Shown here in pieces: positions 62,339 through 64,000 of a DNA stretch of 64,000 bases (positions are counted from its first letter, which is position 1; every line of letters starts with the position of its first letter). The notes under the pieces are model-generated. The model searched no databases, was not told the origin of the DNA, and saw only the letters and a list, made by a program, of their open reading frames with translations. Source of the stretch: Selaginella moellendorffii (taxonomy: Eukaryota > Plantae > Lycopodiophyta); contig NW_003314306.1 in assembly GCF_000143415.4 (NCBI RefSeq), positions 996,815 to 1,060,814 on the forward strand, given 5' to 3'. The position numbers were made by a program, and so were the translations under genes.

Positions 62339-63398
62339 ATGGTTTTGCTTTGGGTCGTTCTTCTCTTCTCCTCAACGATCTGTCAAGCTGATCGGAATGG
62401 TCTCACGCAAGAAAAGATTCCAGCGGCTTTCGTGGGCGATGATCATCGCCTAGAGGTATCTCTCTTCTCCTTTGGAAGTTTACTCTTGGATTGCATTCCA
62501 GGAGGAGGAGATTATTGCCGAGATTGTGCTTGGAGGAGTGGCAAACCAAGACGTAGAGGTGCGTGTATCTATCTTAATCGTGAGTGTCACAATCCAGAGT
62601 TTCTTATATTCAGGTGGATGAATTCTTCCTTGTAGACGAGGTATGGAGCCCTGTTTCTCAGGATCAATGCGCAACTTACGTTTTCTTTTGCTCCAGGTGG
62701 AAGAATTATTTTTTAAGGAGACAAAGGTACTCGAGCTTAGCTTTTCGAGAGGATCACTGAACTTACTACCGGGCTTTCCAGGTAGAAGAAATCTCTCCAG
62801 GAAAAGAGGTATGAGTTTCACTAGACCGAAACTTAACCGGGAGATCTATTCTTTTTGTTTTTTTTCTGTTTCCAGGTGGAAACGATCGTTGTACGCGAAG
62901 ATGAGACTGTATTGCTGCCGTATGTCTGTACATGGGGGCTCATACTTCTAGGAATTGTGTTGGCGAAGAAGCGCGTTTTGAGGATTCGAGCTCGGGGGAG
63001 CAAGGATCACAAACTTCCAGTCGAAAGCTTCAAGCCCCCAGTGGCTCCAGTGGATACTTCAGTCATTGAAACCTTTGGTGAGATCATAGCGGAAGCTCTG
63101 CATAAGGTAAGAGCTCCTCTTTCATCCTTGGACTTGCTAACAGGATTTTTGGGAGAAGAACACCGGCAAGCTCTCCGAGGAGGCTGTGCGAGGCCTAAGT
63201 AAAGAAAAACTTTGCGAGGTGAGAAGCCACTTAAAATCTAGTACAAACGCTCGTCTTGTTCATTTCCAGGTGATCGGAAGAAGAAAGGCCGAGAGGATTG
63301 CCCGCAGATTTTCCAGGGCCTTCATCGCCAAGTACTGGTAAACGCACTCGTTAAGAAAGATTTGAGCTTTTAGTCGTTTTCTTTCATACATTTTCAGA
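62339..63398 (+). CDS. Uncharacterised single-pass membrane protein (~210 aa) with acidic microexons
   Basis: Signal-peptide-like MVLLWVVLLFSSTICQA. Exons 62339-62455, 62502-62558, 62614-62640, 62697-62726, 62782-62808, 62876-63106, 63144-63218 and 63270-63337 all splice in frame at GT-AG. TM-like VLLPYVCTWGLILLGIVLA followed by KKR. Confidence 0.7.
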
Positions 63399-64000
63399 TG
63401 AACAAGCAACAAGGACGTGATCTTCCTTCGTTTTCTCTTGTTTGATGGTTGAGAGCAAGACTTAAAATCGTCGACGTGGTTGTATGAGTGCGTAATGGAA
63501 CAGAATTCCTCAAACCTAAATTTTGCAAACAAAAACCACACAAAGTACAAGTTATCAACAAATTTCTGATATATGTTAAATTTGATTCTTGTCATAGTTA
63601 GTAGATCTCGCTCAGCAAAGCCAGGATCCCAGCTCGTTCACCATCTCTTTGTATTTATAGAAGAGTATATTCACCAAGAATAATAAATTATTTAAGATAC
63701 AATTTTTATTATATTCATGAACAACTTCACTGAAATTAGAGAGAATATATGTTGAAAAAATTCTCAATAATTCCTAGCAATAAAATGTTATGGATCAAAG
63801 ATGAAACATTAGTTTTAAACATAATATTGGATTCATTTTTTAAAAGCAAGCTTTGAGATATAATTATATGGTGAACGTGAACCATTAGATTACACATATA
63901 TTTAGTTTCTCATCCTATTAGAGTGAGTTTTTTAATAGCATGGATACTTAGTAAAAACTGTTACTTTTATGTGTTGATAGTGTAATTATTTTATTTTCTA

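Overview
Eukaryotic, plant-type genomic DNA with very short (mostly ~50-70 nt) GT-AG introns, GC-rich coding islands, AT-rich decayed repeats and four N-gaps. The style suggests the lycophyte Selaginella; this is an inference, not established from the sequence. The left two thirds are a rearrangement hotspot. It holds a ~2.6-kb-arm inverted repeat (2224-8108) carrying a relic that resembles fungal/oomycete Crinkler-type NTPase+REase genes, and a near-identical duplication of a class-3 lipase + F-box gene pair. It also holds a ~12.7-kb tandem array of a CpG-decayed multi-exon gene, a related inverted ~1-kb array, and a Helentron/HINE-like insertion. The right third is gene-dense: a DNAJC11/ATJ13-like gene, a probable plastid membrane protein, two Ser-rich CaaX-ended paralogues, one intact S28 peptidase among three decayed copies in the window, a stand-alone PARP-fold ADP-ribosyltransferase-like gene plus its pseudogene, a divergent ABCE/RLI gene with a Fe-S Cys->Tyr change, tRNA-Ile(AAT), and a microexon-rich membrane protein gene. 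Exon coordinates were derived by eye; family names come from motif recognition, not database searches.
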